64,000 nucleotides of DNA, taken from Methanobacteriota archaeon. Lineage in GTDB: Archaea > Thermoplasmatota > Poseidoniia > Poseidoniales > Poseidoniaceae. A program made the position numbers and the translations under genes. Positions 1-10,273 of this stretch are shown piece by piece; the stretch's first letter is position 1; every line of letters starts with the position of its first letter. Below the pieces are notes generated by a model. That model did no database searches and was not told the origin of the DNA. It was given only the letters and a program-made list of their open reading frames with translations. The stretch is from positions 10,126 through 74,125 of the forward strand of contig PBHR01000001.1 of assembly GCA_002720275.1 (NCBI GenBank), written 5' to 3'.

Positions 1-655
1 TTTGAGATCTTTCTTTTTTCAATTGACCAATCTTACGTTTGTGTGATGCGATTTTCTTATTTATTTTAAATATTTTAAAACCGATTGGGTTTTTACTATC
101 TATTTTTTTGGATACATTAATTTTTGAGTTACCACTTTTTTTCCTTATTTTGTTTAATTTTTCAATTGTTGAAAATTGTTCATTCATTAATTCTTGAAAC
201 TCATTGTGGTATTGTGTGCTTTTTACTTTTTGAATGAACATTTGTTGTAATTCTAAAAATCTACTAAACATTTCTGCTTCCTTTTTTAGACTAGGATATC
301 TTAAATCTGATTCTTCACCAGTTAATCTGTAATAATACAGGTATAAATTTTCTAAAATAGCCTGTTCTGGAAGAATAATGTTTGAATTTATTTCGTCTCT
401 CATACTTCTTAATTCATTTGCTTCCTTCTGTCTATTTTGAACTTCAACTAGTATTTCTTGCTGTTCTTCTGGTAACCCCTTGATGTTTTCTAAGTGGTTA
501 TTCATTGCTAAGCTCATCAAATTTAATGATTTTCTTTCATCATATAATTTATTGATGTCTTGTGAAATATTTGTTATTGAAACATTTAAATCTGAAAGTT
601 TAGATTCTAATTTTTCTTTATCTTTATTTTCTTTTTTGCTGGATTTGGGAGTCAT
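1..655 (-). CDS. Coiled-coil hypothetical protein, 3' end runs off the window (partial)
   Basis: ATG at 655-653 overlaps the TGA of the upstream ORF (ATGA coupling). Reads MTPKSSKKENKDKEKLESKLSDLNVSI... with an open frame to the window edge; K/E/L/Q-rich heptad character. Confidence 0.75.
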   Translation of the reverse strand, partial: MTPKSSKKENKDKEKLESKLSDLNVSITNISQDINKLYDERKSLNLMSLAMNNHLENIKGLPEEQQEILVEVQNRQKEANELRSMRDEINSNIILPEQAILENLYLYYYRLTGEESDLRYPSLKKEAEMFSRFLELQQMFIQKVKSTQYHNEFQELMNEQFSTIEKLNKIRKKSGNSKINVSKKIDSKNPIGFKIFKINKKIASHKRKIGQLKKERSQ

Positions 656-1077
656 TCTTCTTCACCACCCTCGTCACTATTTGCTGATTTTTTCCTTAGT
701 GCCCAACTGCTTGCACCTCCGTTTTCAACTCTTTTACTATCCTCCAAAAGTTCTTCAAAACCAAACTCTAATTTTCCTTCCCAAAATGAAATAATTTCTT
801 CAGAGTTTTTGAAAATATTTTCTGCTCTATTTAATCTACCTATGGCTGAATTAAATTCTTCACGTAATTTTTTGAGTTCATTTAAGTTTCCTACAGTTTT
901 ATTTTGGTTTCCAGATGTAAGGTTTTCATGGTATTTTATCGCATCTTCTGCTTCCCTGACTTCTTTATTGGCCTTTTTGATTATTTCTGGCAATTGGTCC
1001 ATTAAATGTTGTCTTCGATGAATAATTGCTTTAGCCAATAATTCTGGCTTTAATTGTAATAGCGTCTTCGGCTCCAT
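652..1077 (-). CDS. Helical/coiled-coil hypothetical protein
   Basis: ORF track 652..1140; likely start MEPKTLL at 1077; coupled to the downstream gene. Confidence 0.7.
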   Translation of the reverse strand: MEPKTLLQLKPELLAKAIIHRRQHLMDQLPEIIKKANKEVREAEDAIKYHENLTSGNQNKTVGNLNELKKLREEFNSAIGRLNRAENIFKNSEEIISFWEGKLEFGFEELLEDSKRVENGGASSWALRKKSANSDEGGEEE

Positions 1078-1174
1078 CTCTAACGTTCGCTCGACTTTGA
1101 TTTCTTCAATAAATGTTAGTAATCCTTGAAAGTTACACAATGTATCTTAATTAGTCATTGATTCCGCTATGTGA

Positions 1175-2638
1175 ATGAGGACCAAAAGGGCACTTCCAAT
1201 TGTTGTTTTAACTGTGTTATTAATCTCAATAATTCCTGCTAATTCCGCGGATTCAGTTTCTCAATCAGGAGATCTGATATTAAGAAATGGACCTTGGCAC
1301 GTAGGTGATGAAATTGAGTTTTCAATCTTAGTTCATAATGGTGGTTCCGAACCAATAAGTAATTTTTTACAAGTGGAAATTAATGGAGATTATTCTAATG
1401 GTTCAATTGTAAGTATTGATTCAGGAAATAGTATGGAGTTAAAGTCAAATTTTATAGCGCAAACCTCTGGAACATTTGTAGTCAATTGGACTGTTTACAA
1501 CGAAAATGGCTCTTCCGAAAGTTTTTCTGGAACTTCTGAAGTACTCATATCAGATCAACAATCTTTGTTTGCAGAAATATATTCGTTATCTTATGACTAT
1601 GAGGATGGTTACTCGATTAATTGGGGTGCTAACCTTACAGAGGGGAATTCTAGATTGGTAGTTTCTAAAATATATTTTGTAACTAATGAAGAAGCGATTA
1701 TTGCAAGTGAATTAGAAATTCATTTAGAACCAGGATTAAGGACTACAAATACAATGATAGGGATTGCACCAAAAGGAACTTACAAGGTTGAATTGATTTT
1801 ACAGCCATTAGATTGGATACCCTCGAATTCCGCAGCAGATGAACAAAATGTAGATTCTGGTATCGCAAATTTATTTTTACAAATAGTTTCAGGACCATCT
1901 CCAGAAAATCCTACTTTGGATGATACAGTTACGATTTTATTGGAATTGCAGAATAATGGCCCTCTAGATACAGGTACAGGTAAATTAATTGCAGTTGACG
2001 GCCAAAAAAGATTGTTAGCAGAGAAGGACGTTCCAGGGGTTAATGCAGAATCAGAAAAACAAATTGAATTAAAAATTAATGAATGGATGTCCACATCAAC
2101 AACAACTTTAGAACTTATTTGGATTATGGACGAATACATCGCTAAAACAAATGTAGAGGTGGTTTCTAGTAATGCAGAAATAATATTGGAAGAATCAGAT
2201 TTTTCTATAAATTGGGCTGGTTTAATTGTAGGTGTTATGATTGCTTTGTTGATAATTTTTGGTGTCAGAATCGTTTCAGCCAAGAATCAAATTGAAAATT
2301 TAGAAACTCGGACTTTCAGTGAAAAAAATAAGAAGGTGGAAGAAAAACCTGAAACAGAAAAGAGAACTATTGATTGTCCTTCTTGTCCAAAACAATTACA
2401 AGTGCCTTTAGGATATTCAGGCCAAGTAAAATGCCCCTCTTGTTTAACTCAATTTAGTGCTAATGGGGAGTCTGAAAAAGATGATGAAGAAATAGAAGAG
2501 GAATTATTTGCAAGTTCGGATGATGATGTAATTGGTTGCCCAAAATGCGACCAAGTTTTGAGAGTTCCTTACGAAAAGAGACCAGCTAAAGCGAGATGTC
2601 CAGCTTGTAAATGTATTTTCAATGCGATAGCAGATTAA
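1175..2638 (+). CDS. Single-pass membrane protein with extracellular CARDB/Ig-like domains and cytoplasmic tandem zinc ribbons
   Basis: N-terminal signal peptide; 'VGDEIEFSILVHNGG' and 'DDTVTILLELQNNG' CARDB-like strands; TM helix; then CPSC..CPSC and CPKC..CPAC pairs. Confidence 0.7.
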   Translation: MRTKRALPIVVLTVLLISIIPANSADSVSQSGDLILRNGPWHVGDEIEFSILVHNGGSEPISNFLQVEINGDYSNGSIVSIDSGNSMELKSNFIAQTSGTFVVNWTVYNENGSSESFSGTSEVLISDQQSLFAEIYSLSYDYEDGYSINWGANLTEGNSRLVVSKIYFVTNEEAIIASELEIHLEPGLRTTNTMIGIAPKGTYKVELILQPLDWIPSNSAADEQNVDSGIANLFLQIVSGPSPENPTLDDTVTILLELQNNGPLDTGTGKLIAVDGQKRLLAEKDVPGVNAESEKQIELKINEWMSTSTTTLELIWIMDEYIAKTNVEVVSSNAEIILEESDFSINWAGLIVGVMIALLIIFGVRIVSAKNQIENLETRTFSEKNKKVEEKPETEKRTIDCPSCPKQLQVPLGYSGQVKCPSCLTQFSANGESEKDDEEIEEELFASSDDDVIGCPKCDQVLRVPYEKRPAKARCPACKCIFNAIAD

Positions 2639-2651
2639 TGGAGAGATAACT

Positions 2652-4151
2652 TTGTCAGACGAGGAAGATGAATTTTCAATAGACATCGATAAAATTTCAG
2701 AGCGTTTAAAAATTTTTAGAATTATTGAAGATTTACTATCTAAATTTGATAAGTTATTGCTTAGTAAAGGAGCAAGTTTAATGCTAGTTTTACCACCATT
2801 AATTGCCTTAGTCGTTGGTATTGGAGTTTGGAAAGAACATAGAACACCAGAATGGTGGGGCGCATTTAGCCCGGTCGTTTTTGATTTGGAATTAACGCCA
2901 TTTATGGATTGGCTTAGCATTATGTTTTTGTTGGCAATGCTTCTAATGTTAACAGCAAATACTGCACAGGCAATGATCTCTAGAATGATTGTGAGATATA
3001 ATGCATTAATTCATTTGCATTCAGGCTACAATATTGAAAAATCACACGGTTTTGAACAAATAACTCAAATGGCTAATGATGCAATTAATAAAAGATTAGT
3101 CTCAACAATGATTACATTATTAGCTTTATTATTGCAGATTATAATAATTTCATTAGGTAGTTTTAGTGAGGTTTCAGAAATATTAAGGGAGTTTTCTTTA
3201 TCTTGTGTATTGATTAATTTTAGTTTTCTAATTAAAAGGAAAAATGTTGAATTTAATACATCAGAAGAATGGGGATTAGTGGGCGCGTATAAACCAGTGT
3301 TTCATCCATCAATACTTAATTATCCATTAACAGAAATACTATTGACAATCTGTGATCCATTTTTAAGATATAAAATCGAACAGATTATTGAAGAGATTAA
3401 TACGAAAAGAAGGGTAAAATTAGATAATTATAAATTTTTTGAAAAAATAGTATTACTTCATTATCTTCATGATGAAGGGCGTATGACAACTACAGACTTA
3501 ATTAAAAAAATTGAATCTGAGTATAAGATTAAACAACCATCTATAATTTATGATCTTCAGTTGTGGTCTGAATTAATAAGGCATCTTCACAATACTTGTG
3601 ACCCTTTTAATAGATTAATGACTAGAACATTACAGAAAAATATTGAAGATTTGGAAAAAATTAGAAAAACTGGTTATTATTTTGATGTAGATATTGACGA
3701 TATTTTTGATGAAAAAGGCTCAATGTTTGTTCAATTGATAAATGCATCTCATAAAAAAAGAACAGTATTGTTAAAGACTCAGTCTGCGCATACTGATCCT
3801 GAGATAATTACACATTCTATTGAATTAAATCCACAAGGTAAGGCGATGATGGAATTAGGTAACAGGCCATGGGATTCTGATTTAGAAAGAAGAGAAGTAA
3901 TTTTAGCGGCTGCAGATGAATCTTCTGCTTGGATTTGGATGAACCCTAAATCTAAATCAAGCGGTGAATTAGTAATTAATGTAAGATTGGAAGATTCAGA
4001 AGGACATTTAATTGATGGAAGAACATTGATTTCATTAAGCAGGACACCAATGTTGAGAAGGTTTAGTTTAATGACCAGTAGATTTGCCTTTTCATTAGGA
4101 ATAATTATTCCAACAATTAGATTAAGTTGGTGGATTTTTTCACTAATTTGA
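2652..4151 (+). CDS. Multi-pass membrane hypothetical protein
   Basis: 499 aa, TTG start after GGAG; about 4 N-terminal TM segments, a soluble domain and a C-terminal TM. Confidence 0.7.
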   Translation: MSDEEDEFSIDIDKISERLKIFRIIEDLLSKFDKLLLSKGASLMLVLPPLIALVVGIGVWKEHRTPEWWGAFSPVVFDLELTPFMDWLSIMFLLAMLLMLTANTAQAMISRMIVRYNALIHLHSGYNIEKSHGFEQITQMANDAINKRLVSTMITLLALLLQIIIISLGSFSEVSEILREFSLSCVLINFSFLIKRKNVEFNTSEEWGLVGAYKPVFHPSILNYPLTEILLTICDPFLRYKIEQIIEEINTKRRVKLDNYKFFEKIVLLHYLHDEGRMTTTDLIKKIESEYKIKQPSIIYDLQLWSELIRHLHNTCDPFNRLMTRTLQKNIEDLEKIRKTGYYFDVDIDDIFDEKGSMFVQLINASHKKRTVLLKTQSAHTDPEIITHSIELNPQGKAMMELGNRPWDSDLERREVILAAADESSAWIWMNPKSKSSGELVINVRLEDSEGHLIDGRTLISLSRTPMLRRFSLMTSRFAFSLGIIIPTIRLSWWIFSLI

Positions 4152-4172
4152 AATGGTGGGTTTCAAATCCTA

Positions 4173-5207
4173 TTGGGTCTACCCATTACTGTGGCCGGAT
4201 TAAATGAGCGTCAACCCGACGCCGAAAAAGACGATCTTAAAGATACGTTAAACACAATGGAGTCAAAGATAAGACGTATGCGTGATCAAAGATCTAATCA
4301 TAATAAATCCGCAAGAAGATTTGCAGATCAAAGAGATACAATTCAGGCAGAATATAAAGAGTTGAAATCAAAACTAGATGAAGGCTTGAATAAAATCAAA
4401 GCAAAGAAAAAAGAAGCAAATTCATTTAGAGTTCGTAGGGATACTGCACAAGAACAGTTGAGAGTATTATTTGCTAGAGCTAAGAGTGGGCATAGCGATA
4501 AGCGAAAATCAAAAAGTGTTACCGCCGAATTTAATAAATTAAATAGCACCATTGCTGAACTAGAAAAACAAATTGAAACAAAATATCATCCATTAGACAA
4601 AGAAAATAAAATATTAAAACAAATTAAATCTCACAAAGAAAACATTCAAGATTTAGAACCATTAATTGATGAAAATGCTAAATTAGAAGTAGATTTGTCT
4701 AATACGGAATCAGCGATTACAGAACTAAAATCAGTTGCAGATGAGTCACATAAATTAATGGTTGATGCTTTGAAAGAAGCTAGGAAGATGTCTGAAGAAT
4801 TAAACTCATTATTTAAAGAAAGAAATTTCCTTAAATCTGAAGGAGACAGGTTTCATAATTCATTTGTCGAAGAGAAAAAGAAGGCTGATGAAGTACACAA
4901 AGAAATAGGTGAGTTGATGAAAAAGATTACCGAAGTAAAGGATCAAATCAAGTCTTTAGTGAAAGAAAGAAAATCTTGGGTTTCAGATCATAATGATTCG
5001 GTTAGAAATGAATTAAAATCTCCCCACGATGACGAGACTCTTGCAGATTCTTTAATTGATCATTTATTAGAAAGCGGAAGTTTGGAATTTGGTGGGACGT
5101 TAGGAAAAGATTCTGATGGAAGAGGCCAAAATAAAAAGAAAAGGTCTGTGAGGAAAAAATCAGTTTCAACAGCTAGAGGAAGAAGATCTAGTACAAAGAG
5201 AGAATAA
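4173..5207 (+). CDS. Archaeal long coiled-coil protein (COG1340-like)
   Basis: Long K/E/R heptads ('AEFNKLNSTIAELEKQIET', 'ADESHKLMVDAL', 'KKADEVHKEI'); basic C-terminal tail. Confidence 0.65.
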   Translation: MGLPITVAGLNERQPDAEKDDLKDTLNTMESKIRRMRDQRSNHNKSARRFADQRDTIQAEYKELKSKLDEGLNKIKAKKKEANSFRVRRDTAQEQLRVLFARAKSGHSDKRKSKSVTAEFNKLNSTIAELEKQIETKYHPLDKENKILKQIKSHKENIQDLEPLIDENAKLEVDLSNTESAITELKSVADESHKLMVDALKEARKMSEELNSLFKERNFLKSEGDRFHNSFVEEKKKADEVHKEIGELMKKITEVKDQIKSLVKERKSWVSDHNDSVRNELKSPHDDETLADSLIDHLLESGSLEFGGTLGKDSDGRGQNKKKRSVRKKSVSTARGRRSSTKRE

Positions 5208-5208
5208 T

Positions 5209-6222
5209 TTACCATCCTCTATTTTCTAATTTAACATCTAATTTTTCAATTTCTAAGCCTGGCATTGCTTCACCTACCATTGATGAAGCTTCGGCAACCT
5301 TTTCTGCATCATCAAAATGGTGTGTAGAATAAACGATTGCTTCGGCTGTTTGAGTTGGATTTTCACTTTTGAAAATTCCTGAACCCACAAATATTCCATC
5401 CATTCCCATATTCATCATTAATGCAGCATCTGCAGGAGTTGCAATTCCACCTGCTGAAAATGTAACAACAGGCAACCTTCCTAATTTCATAATTTCCTTT
5501 GCCACATTATGCACACCTTCCCTACAATCATCCATACTGCCAAATGGAATTTTACTAATCCCACTGCTTAATTCAGATGTATTGCCTAAATTCATAAATC
5601 TCTCAGAAATTAATTTTATGGAATTATTAAATGTGTCGTCATCAGCATCTTGTAAAAATTTAATTTCATCATCAATTAGTCTTGCATGTTTTACAGCAGA
5701 AACAATGTTCCCCGTTCCTGCTTCACCTTTTGTACGAATCATTGCAGCACCTTCAAAGATTCTTCGAACGGCTTCACCTAAATTCGTTGCACCACAAACA
5801 AAGGGAATAGTAAACTCATTTTTTGGAATGTGGTAAAATGGATCTGCGGGAGTTAATACTTCACTTTCATCTACCATATCAACACCTAATGTTTCTAGTA
5901 CACGAGCTTCTTGTGAATGTCCAATTCTAGCCTTAGCCATTACAGGTATAGATGTAGTTTCAATAATTTCCTTAATTAGGTCTGGATGACTCATTCTTGC
6001 AACACCACCATCTTTACGAATGTCTGCAGGGACTCTTTCAAGTGCCATTACGGAACAAGCACCAGCATCCTCTGCGATATGTGCTTGTTCTGCATTAACT
6101 ACATCCATGACAACACCTCCTTGTTGCATTCTTGCAAAACCGCGTTTTAACAATTCAGTGCCGTAGCGCATAGAACTTAAATCAAATTTTTGAACCAAAT
6201 AATCACCTTTTATATCACTCAT
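5209..6222 (-). CDS. pdxS: Pyridoxal 5'-phosphate synthase lyase subunit
   Basis: [38 protein letters not shown] and [14 protein letters not shown] motifs. Confidence 0.97.
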   Translation of the reverse strand: MSDIKGDYLVQKFDLSSMRYGTELLKRGFARMQQGGVVMDVVNAEQAHIAEDAGACSVMALERVPADIRKDGGVARMSHPDLIKEIIETTSIPVMAKARIGHSQEARVLETLGVDMVDESEVLTPADPFYHIPKNEFTIPFVCGATNLGEAVRRIFEGAAMIRTKGEAGTGNIVSAVKHARLIDDEIKFLQDADDDTFNNSIKLISERFMNLGNTSELSSGISKIPFGSMDDCREGVHNVAKEIMKLGRLPVVTFSAGGIATPADAALMMNMGMDGIFVGSGIFKSENPTQTAEAIVYSTHHFDDAEKVAEASSMVGEAMPGLEIEKLDVKLENRGW

Positions 6223-6493
6223 CTGCCAGAATTGGGGACTCTCCAGTTGCCACTTCTAATCTAGAGGCTTCATTTTCATTTCTCTCAATCCAGTATTCTT
6301 CTATTTCTGGAACATCGTAGTCTGCATAAATCGCATCAACAGGACATTCAGGGACACAAGCAGCACAATCAATGCATTCATCGGGATCAATTACGAGATA
6401 TGTTTCAGCTTCCCTAAACGCTTCCACAGGACAAACTGAGACACATTCCTGATACTTGCAACTGACGCATCCACTTACTACAACATGTGTCAT
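6215..6493 (-). CDS. 7Fe-type dicluster ferredoxin (FdxA-like)
   Basis: [14 protein letters not shown] and [17 protein letters not shown] motifs. Confidence 0.92.
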   Translation of the reverse strand: MTHVVVSGCVSCKYQECVSVCPVEAFREAETYLVIDPDECIDCAACVPECPVDAIYADYDVPEIEEYWIERNENEASRLEVATGESPILADE

Positions 6494-6566
6494 ATTATTA
6501 CATCTCCAAAATTATGTTTATTATAAATAGTTGTATTTTAATCTGCTATTTTTTAATTTTTAATTT

Positions 6567-7046
6567 TTAAATTATTGTTGAGGGTGGAGAATCTAACCAA
6601 CCTCTTCTACTACATCTTTCTAAAGATTCATTTAGTAATTTTAATAAAACGTCTTGAGGTTTTTCACCGGGATAAACTTCAATTTTAGCAACCATCTTGA
6701 TAATGTCTTCATTATTGTTTCCTAAAACAATCTTACCTTTAACAAGTTCATTCTGACTCAATCTGAAATGTAATCTATTTTCATCATCAAGCCTTTCATT
6801 TTTTTCATTAATTAATAAATTAAGCAAATCTCCACCTAATCTTGAAAATGTTAATCTTGATTGACTTCTTGTTAGTTTAACCTTGATTAAAGTTATTGGT
6901 GATCCAAAAAAGGAGGTGCTTTTTTCTAAGTAAACTATATCCTTTTTGTCACACAACCATTCTAAACTTTTTGTGATTAAATCAACATCATGTAATCCTG
7001 ATGCAGTAGTGGAACATGACAATGAATGTATGGGCATGTTGTCCAC
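6567..7046 (-). CDS. Predicted RNA-binding protein (COG1325-like)
   Basis: 'SFFGSPI', 'ERLDDENRLHFRLSQNEL..GKI' and 'KIEVYPG' resemble the archaeal family usually found near ribosomal/exosome genes. Confidence 0.65.
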   Translation of the reverse strand: MDNMPIHSLSCSTTASGLHDVDLITKSLEWLCDKKDIVYLEKSTSFFGSPITLIKVKLTRSQSRLTFSRLGGDLLNLLINEKNERLDDENRLHFRLSQNELVKGKIVLGNNNEDIIKMVAKIEVYPGEKPQDVLLKLLNESLERCSRRGWLDSPPSTII

Positions 7047-7179
7047 TAGGAGGTGCAGTGAATATATGATTCTATTTTAGTTTGGAGCCACATTTTTTAA
7101 TAATTTATGTAATTCAATATACCATGCAATTCATATATGCGTCTTAGGTCGCAGAGGCGCTACACTGAGTGAGATACCT

Positions 7180-8136
7180 ATGGCTGTAAGAACTAGCGCA
7201 CAATCTCGAAATCTGGCTAGAAAGCAGAGAGATAAGTGGAAAGCAAAAAGAATTTTTTCAATTAGGGCACCAAGAAACCCTTGGCAGTATAAGAAAATTG
7301 GAGAAACTTTTGGTGAAAGTGAGCAATTTATTGAAGGTAGAATTTTTCAAACAACACAACAAGAGTTTGATGGTGATTTTACTAAAATGCACGTCAAATT
7401 AAATTTCAGGATTGTTGAAGTGATTAATCAGGATGCAATTACAGAATTTGTAGGACACGCTCATCAAAATGATCACATCAGAAGGCAAATAAGACGCTAT
7501 AGAGGAAAAGTAGATGGTGTAGTTGACGTAGTTACTAATGATGGTTATTTGGTTCGATTGAAACCATTGATTGTAACAGAAGGAAGAGTTACAAGCAGTA
7601 TGAAGAAAGTAATGAGGAGAACAGTTTCCGAAATTATTACTACATTTGGTTCATCGTGTACATATCCAAATTTGCAAAAAGCAATTTTAGGTTCTGATAT
7701 TGAAACAAGCATGGTTAAAGCATTAAATCCAATTGCAAAAGTTCGTTCTGCGGTAATTGCAAAAAGCCAATTATTAAAATCAGGAGTAGTGAGTTCAGAA
7801 GGTCCAACATTGGATGAAATTCATGCTGCGGAAGTTAAAGCTGAAGCAGAATTGAAGGCTAAAAAGCAGGCAACAGAATCTGAAGTTGACGAAGCACCTA
7901 CGATTCTTGAAGCAGCAGAGGCTATGGAATCAATCAGTGAAAAAGTTTCACAAACATCCTCTGAAGAAATTTCAGATGAGAAAGAAGGAATTGCTAACCC
8001 AGAAGAAGGAACAGTAAGTGAAGATGTTGATTATCAATCTATGACAGTACCTCAATTAAAAGAATTATTAAAGGCTGCAGGAAAACCTGTTTCTGGCAAG
8101 AAGTCGGATTTGATTGAAAGACTTACTGGAGAGTGA
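7180..8136 (+). CDS. rps3ae: 30S ribosomal protein eS1 (S3Ae) with acidic linker and C-terminal SAP domain
   Basis: 'RDKWKAKRIFSIRAP', 'GRIFQTT..DFTKMHVKLNFRI', 'DGYLVRLKP'; C-terminal MTVPQLKELLKAAGKPVSGKKSDLIERL. Confidence 0.93.
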   Translation: MAVRTSAQSRNLARKQRDKWKAKRIFSIRAPRNPWQYKKIGETFGESEQFIEGRIFQTTQQEFDGDFTKMHVKLNFRIVEVINQDAITEFVGHAHQNDHIRRQIRRYRGKVDGVVDVVTNDGYLVRLKPLIVTEGRVTSSMKKVMRRTVSEIITTFGSSCTYPNLQKAILGSDIETSMVKALNPIAKVRSAVIAKSQLLKSGVVSSEGPTLDEIHAAEVKAEAELKAKKQATESEVDEAPTILEAAEAMESISEKVSQTSSEEISDEKEGIANPEEGTVSEDVDYQSMTVPQLKELLKAAGKPVSGKKSDLIERLTGE

Positions 8137-8159
8137 GTAAGTATCTGAGGGGGGACCTC

Positions 8160-8945
8160 ATGAAGAGAATTGGATTAATTGGTGGAACCGGTCTATTTGG
8201 TTTAAATTCAGAATTAATATCTTCTTGGAATTTAATTGATACTACAGATTTGGCTGTAGAAACACCTTACGGGGAAGTTCCAATAACTGTTTTTGATTTT
8301 CAAAAAGAAGATCAAAATTGTAAGATATTTTTTCTTCAAAGACACCATAATATTGGTGGAAAAACAAAAACACCCCACAAAATAAATCATCTTGCAAATA
8401 TTTCTGCAATTTTATCTTGTAATGTTGAATTCACAGTAGCAGTTTGCTCTGTAGGGGCAATTAATGAGGATTTTGTTCCAGGAATGGTTGGTTTAGCTGA
8501 ACAATATATTGATTTTAGCGGCATCCCAATTAGTTTTCAAAATAATGATGCTGAATTTACTTCTATGACATCTCCTTTTGATGCAGATTTAAATGATAAG
8601 TTGTTGAAGTCTTTAAGAGAATCACAGCCTCAATTTTCTGATTTGGGAGATGAAAAATTCCGATTTACATATTGGTTTAGTCCTGGTCCACAATTTGAAA
8701 CACCTGCTGAAATTAGAGCAATTTCAAAATTAGGAGGGGATTGTGTTGGAATGACTTTAGCCCCAGAAGCAAAATTAATGGCAGAAAAAGGACATAAATT
8801 TTCAGCAATTTTAATTGCTGGAAATTATGCTGCTGGATTAGATCCTTCAAATCCACTTGCAAAATTAGATCATGAAAAAATTTCATCAAAGGCAACATCA
8901 CGCTCGGACCCTGTTTTATTTTCCTTGAGTAAATTATTTGGTTAA
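8160..8945 (+). CDS. MTAP/PNP-family nucleoside phosphorylase, probably 6-oxopurine (methylthioinosine-type)
   Basis: IGLIGGTG, ETPYG, GPQFETPAE, VGMT; 'NYAAG' instead of the MTAP 'DYD' suggests 6-oxopurine preference. Confidence 0.85.
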   Translation: MKRIGLIGGTGLFGLNSELISSWNLIDTTDLAVETPYGEVPITVFDFQKEDQNCKIFFLQRHHNIGGKTKTPHKINHLANISAILSCNVEFTVAVCSVGAINEDFVPGMVGLAEQYIDFSGIPISFQNNDAEFTSMTSPFDADLNDKLLKSLRESQPQFSDLGDEKFRFTYWFSPGPQFETPAEIRAISKLGGDCVGMTLAPEAKLMAEKGHKFSAILIAGNYAAGLDPSNPLAKLDHEKISSKATSRSDPVLFSLSKLFG

Positions 8946-9428
8946 TTTTTCAAAAGTCTTAATTTTATATGAAAAGTCATCATTTTCTTCTTTAATACTC
9001 TTGGTAGTATCTATTATTTTCCAACATTCTTTGTCAAATTCAGGAAAAAATGCATCAGCAGAATTAACCTCTGTTTCGACAAAACTTAGAATCATTTTAG
9101 TTGCAATTTTCAAAAAGGACTTATAAATTTCTGCACCCCCTATTATGAAAATTTCATTTTCATTAATACAAATAGAATTAATATCATTAGGATCGTTAAT
9201 TGTTATAACTCCTTCTTTTTCCCAATTTTTATTTCTAGTTAGCACTACATTTTTCCTATTAGGGAGTGCCTTGCCAATAGAATCAAAGGTTTTTCTACCC
9301 ATTACAATCGTACTTCCTGTTGTAATTTTTTTGAAATGTTTCAAATCCGAACTTAGGTGCCATGGTAAATCGCCTTGTTTACCAATTGCTTGGTTTTTAT
9401 CAAAGGCTGCTATCAAAGTAATATCCAT
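8934..9428 (-). CDS. folA: Dihydrofolate reductase
   Basis: IGKQGDLPWHLSSDLKHFK, VMGRKTFDSIGKALPNRKNVVL, IIGGAEIY, DAFFP. Confidence 0.97.
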   Translation of the reverse strand: MDITLIAAFDKNQAIGKQGDLPWHLSSDLKHFKKITTGSTIVMGRKTFDSIGKALPNRKNVVLTRNKNWEKEGVITINDPNDINSICINENEIFIIGGAEIYKSFLKIATKMILSFVETEVNSADAFFPEFDKECWKIIDTTKSIKEENDDFSYKIKTFEKLTK

Positions 9429-9436
9429 ATAATCAC

Positions 9437-10231
9437 TTATATCGAGATTGGAGCTTTGATGTGTGGGTGATGTTCATAATCTAAAATTATAAAATCATCA
9501 AATTTAAATTCATCAATATTTGTTATGTTTTTATTAATTTCAATTTTTGGTAATTTCTTTGGAGTTCTACTTAATTGTATCTTAGTTTGTTCTATATGGT
9601 TTTTGTATAGGTGTGCATCTCCAAGAGTATGTACGAATTCTCCAGGCTTTAGATTGGTAATTTGAGCCATCATTAATGTCAATAGACTATATGATGCAAT
9701 ATTGAATGGGACTCCAAGAAAAACATCTGCACTTCTTTGGTAAAGTTGACAAGATAATTTCCCATCAGCGACATAAAACTGGAAAAATGCATGACAAGGC
9801 ATCAAGGCCATTTCATCTAATTCTCCAACATTCCAAGCACTAACAATAATTCTTCTTGAATTTGGATTGTTTTTAATTGCCTCAATTGCATTTTCTACTT
9901 GGTCAATTATTTCACCCTCTTTTGATTCCCATTTCCTCCATTGTTGACCATAAACGGGTCCTAGGTCGCCTTCTTCATCAGCCCATTCATTCCAAATACG
10001 CACGCCATTTTCTTGGAGATATTCAACATTCGTGTCGCCTTTTAGAAACCATAATAATTCATGAATAATCGATTTCAAATGAAGTTTTTTAGTTGTAACC
10101 ATTGGAAATCCTTTTGACAAATCAAACCTCATTTGGTGTCCAAAAACGGAAATAGTCCCCGTCCCTGTACGGTCTTCTTTAGCAATTCCTTCGTCAAGAA
10201 TACGCTGCATTAGTTCGAGATACTGCTCCAT
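9437..10231 (-). CDS. thyA: Thymidylate synthase, bacterial-type
   Basis: [45 protein letters not shown]; 264 aa. Confidence 0.98.
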   Translation of the reverse strand: MEQYLELMQRILDEGIAKEDRTGTGTISVFGHQMRFDLSKGFPMVTTKKLHLKSIIHELLWFLKGDTNVEYLQENGVRIWNEWADEEGDLGPVYGQQWRKWESKEGEIIDQVENAIEAIKNNPNSRRIIVSAWNVGELDEMALMPCHAFFQFYVADGKLSCQLYQRSADVFLGVPFNIASYSLLTLMMAQITNLKPGEFVHTLGDAHLYKNHIEQTKIQLSRTPKKLPKIEINKNITNIDEFKFDDFIILDYEHHPHIKAPISI

Positions 10232-10273
10232 GTTCTTGCAGTGTTAGTTGTCCGAAGTCAATTAAGTATTTCG

